NCBI GenBank assembly: GCA_951406725.2 | Contig: OX597834.1 | Span: 36,456,001-36,520,000 of the forward strand | DNA: 64,000 nt | Direction: 5' to 3' | Source of the DNA: Octopus vulgaris | Lineage: Eukaryota | The notes under the pieces: model-generated | What the model saw: the letters and a program-made list of their open reading frames with translations, nothing else | What the model was told of the DNA's origin: nothing | Databases searched by the model: none | Program-made: the position numbers and the translations under genes | Part shown: positions 62,881 through 64,000 of the stretch, piece after piece | Numbering within the stretch: position 1 is the stretch's first letter | Layout of the letters: every line of letters begins with the position of its first letter

Positions 62881-63664
62881 AATCTAAATTTTGCTGAACT
62901 TATATATATATATATATATATATGTAGTCACTACCACCACAGCAACCACCACCACCACCATGACCACAACCACTGCCACCAGCACAACCACCACCACCAC
63001 CACCACCACCACCATTAACATCAATATATCTATTTAAAGAAACGATGCCAAAGAAAGGAGTAGGAAAACAAAAATAAACCTAACAAAAAACTGAGAAACT
63101 TTTGAACTTAATGGTTAAGTCGAGGGAAAGGAATGGAAAACACACACACACATGCTGATCTGCATCTACATGTTTTAAATATACACGAATACACACAGAT
63201 ATATAAACAAAAGCACGCACGTACGTTCACCCGCCCACACAGGCCCACACGAATGCTTACACAAAAGCAAAGCACCGCACAAAATATGCTTTAATTAACT
63301 GATTAATCAACCATCATATAACGAGTTTTAAATTGAAATACAAGCCACAAGTCGAAACATGTCACACACACACACACACATACAGGTGTGCATGTGTGTA
63401 TATATATATGTGTGCGTGTGTGTGTGTGTAATTTTGTTACTTAACACCTGGCTGTTTACCTTGCTAACAAAAACAACCAACCAAACAAGAATAAAGCATA
63501 AACGATATGCAAACAACCTGACTAATTTTCTACTTTTTTATGAGAAATAAAATGGCCAAGTGGTTAGAGGCATTGGCTTATCGTCTCAGAGACAAGGGTT
63601 TCAAATTACCAGCAAGGCATTTCATTTTATCTCCCCTTTCATATGTATATCATAGGAAAAGCTT

Positions 63665-64000
63665 CTTTCTTGTCCAGTCTTGTAACGGCATCCATCAGGG
63701 AGGTATTAAGCCAGTTGCTATTGAGTTCGCTGTATCGCAGGTCAACACACGTCTGTCCATGCATGTCTGTCAGTGACCGATTCTGCAATGAGCCGAATCC
63801 ATTCCCGGTTCCAGTGATGAGTGCCAAAGACATGAGGGCCAGAAATGATCTCCACGTCTGCTCTGACTGTCATGAGCCACGTCTTCAGCTGACCACCTCT
63901 CAGTGGAAATGCTTTCAACAGCTCAGTAAATCCTTCTCCCATCAGGGGATGGGGACAGGGTTTTAACACCAGTGCCTGGTGTTAAAATGATTGCCATGTT
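63665..64000 (-). mobile_element. RTE-clade LINE 3' end fragment (truncated by the window edge)
   Basis: RGGQLKTWLMTVRADVEIISGPHVFGTHHWNREWIRLIAESVTDRHAW resembles RTE ORF C-termini (GGQxKTW...DRxAW). Confidence 0.7.

Noticed and set aside
60144-64000. Search for the tubby start exon(s)
   Set aside because: Only microsatellites, SINEs and a LINE fragment were seen; no convincing exon, so the 5' end is presumed outside the window.

Overview
AT-rich, microsatellite-saturated animal genomic DNA. The SINE families, (TA)n/(CA)n density and intron sizes suggest octopus/coleoid cephalopod (inference). One clear protein-coding gene is present: a tubby/TULP-family gene on the minus strand. Ten phase-compatible GT-AG coding exons between 60143 and 25456 give 1254 nt (417 aa + stop); the start codon and first exon(s) were not found and probably lie beyond 64000. 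The rest is repeat-derived: several tRNA-derived SINE families, decayed RTE- and CR1-type LINE pieces, Tc1/mariner remnants, hAT MITEs with 8-bp TSDs, Helitron/Helentron-type elements, a probable solo LTR and minisatellites. Almost all ORFs in the supplied track are microsatellite artefacts. The most interesting unexplained signal is a set of short non-coding elements, mostly in (TA)n/(AAT)n tracts, carrying minimal hammerhead-ribozyme motifs and often arranged as fold-back (inverted + direct) copies, as Penelope-like retroelement termini are. One is fused to a tRNA-type Pol III head, and one intact hammerhead lies sense to the tubby pre-mRNA. All structural RNA calls were made by eye and need covariance-model and cleavage tests.
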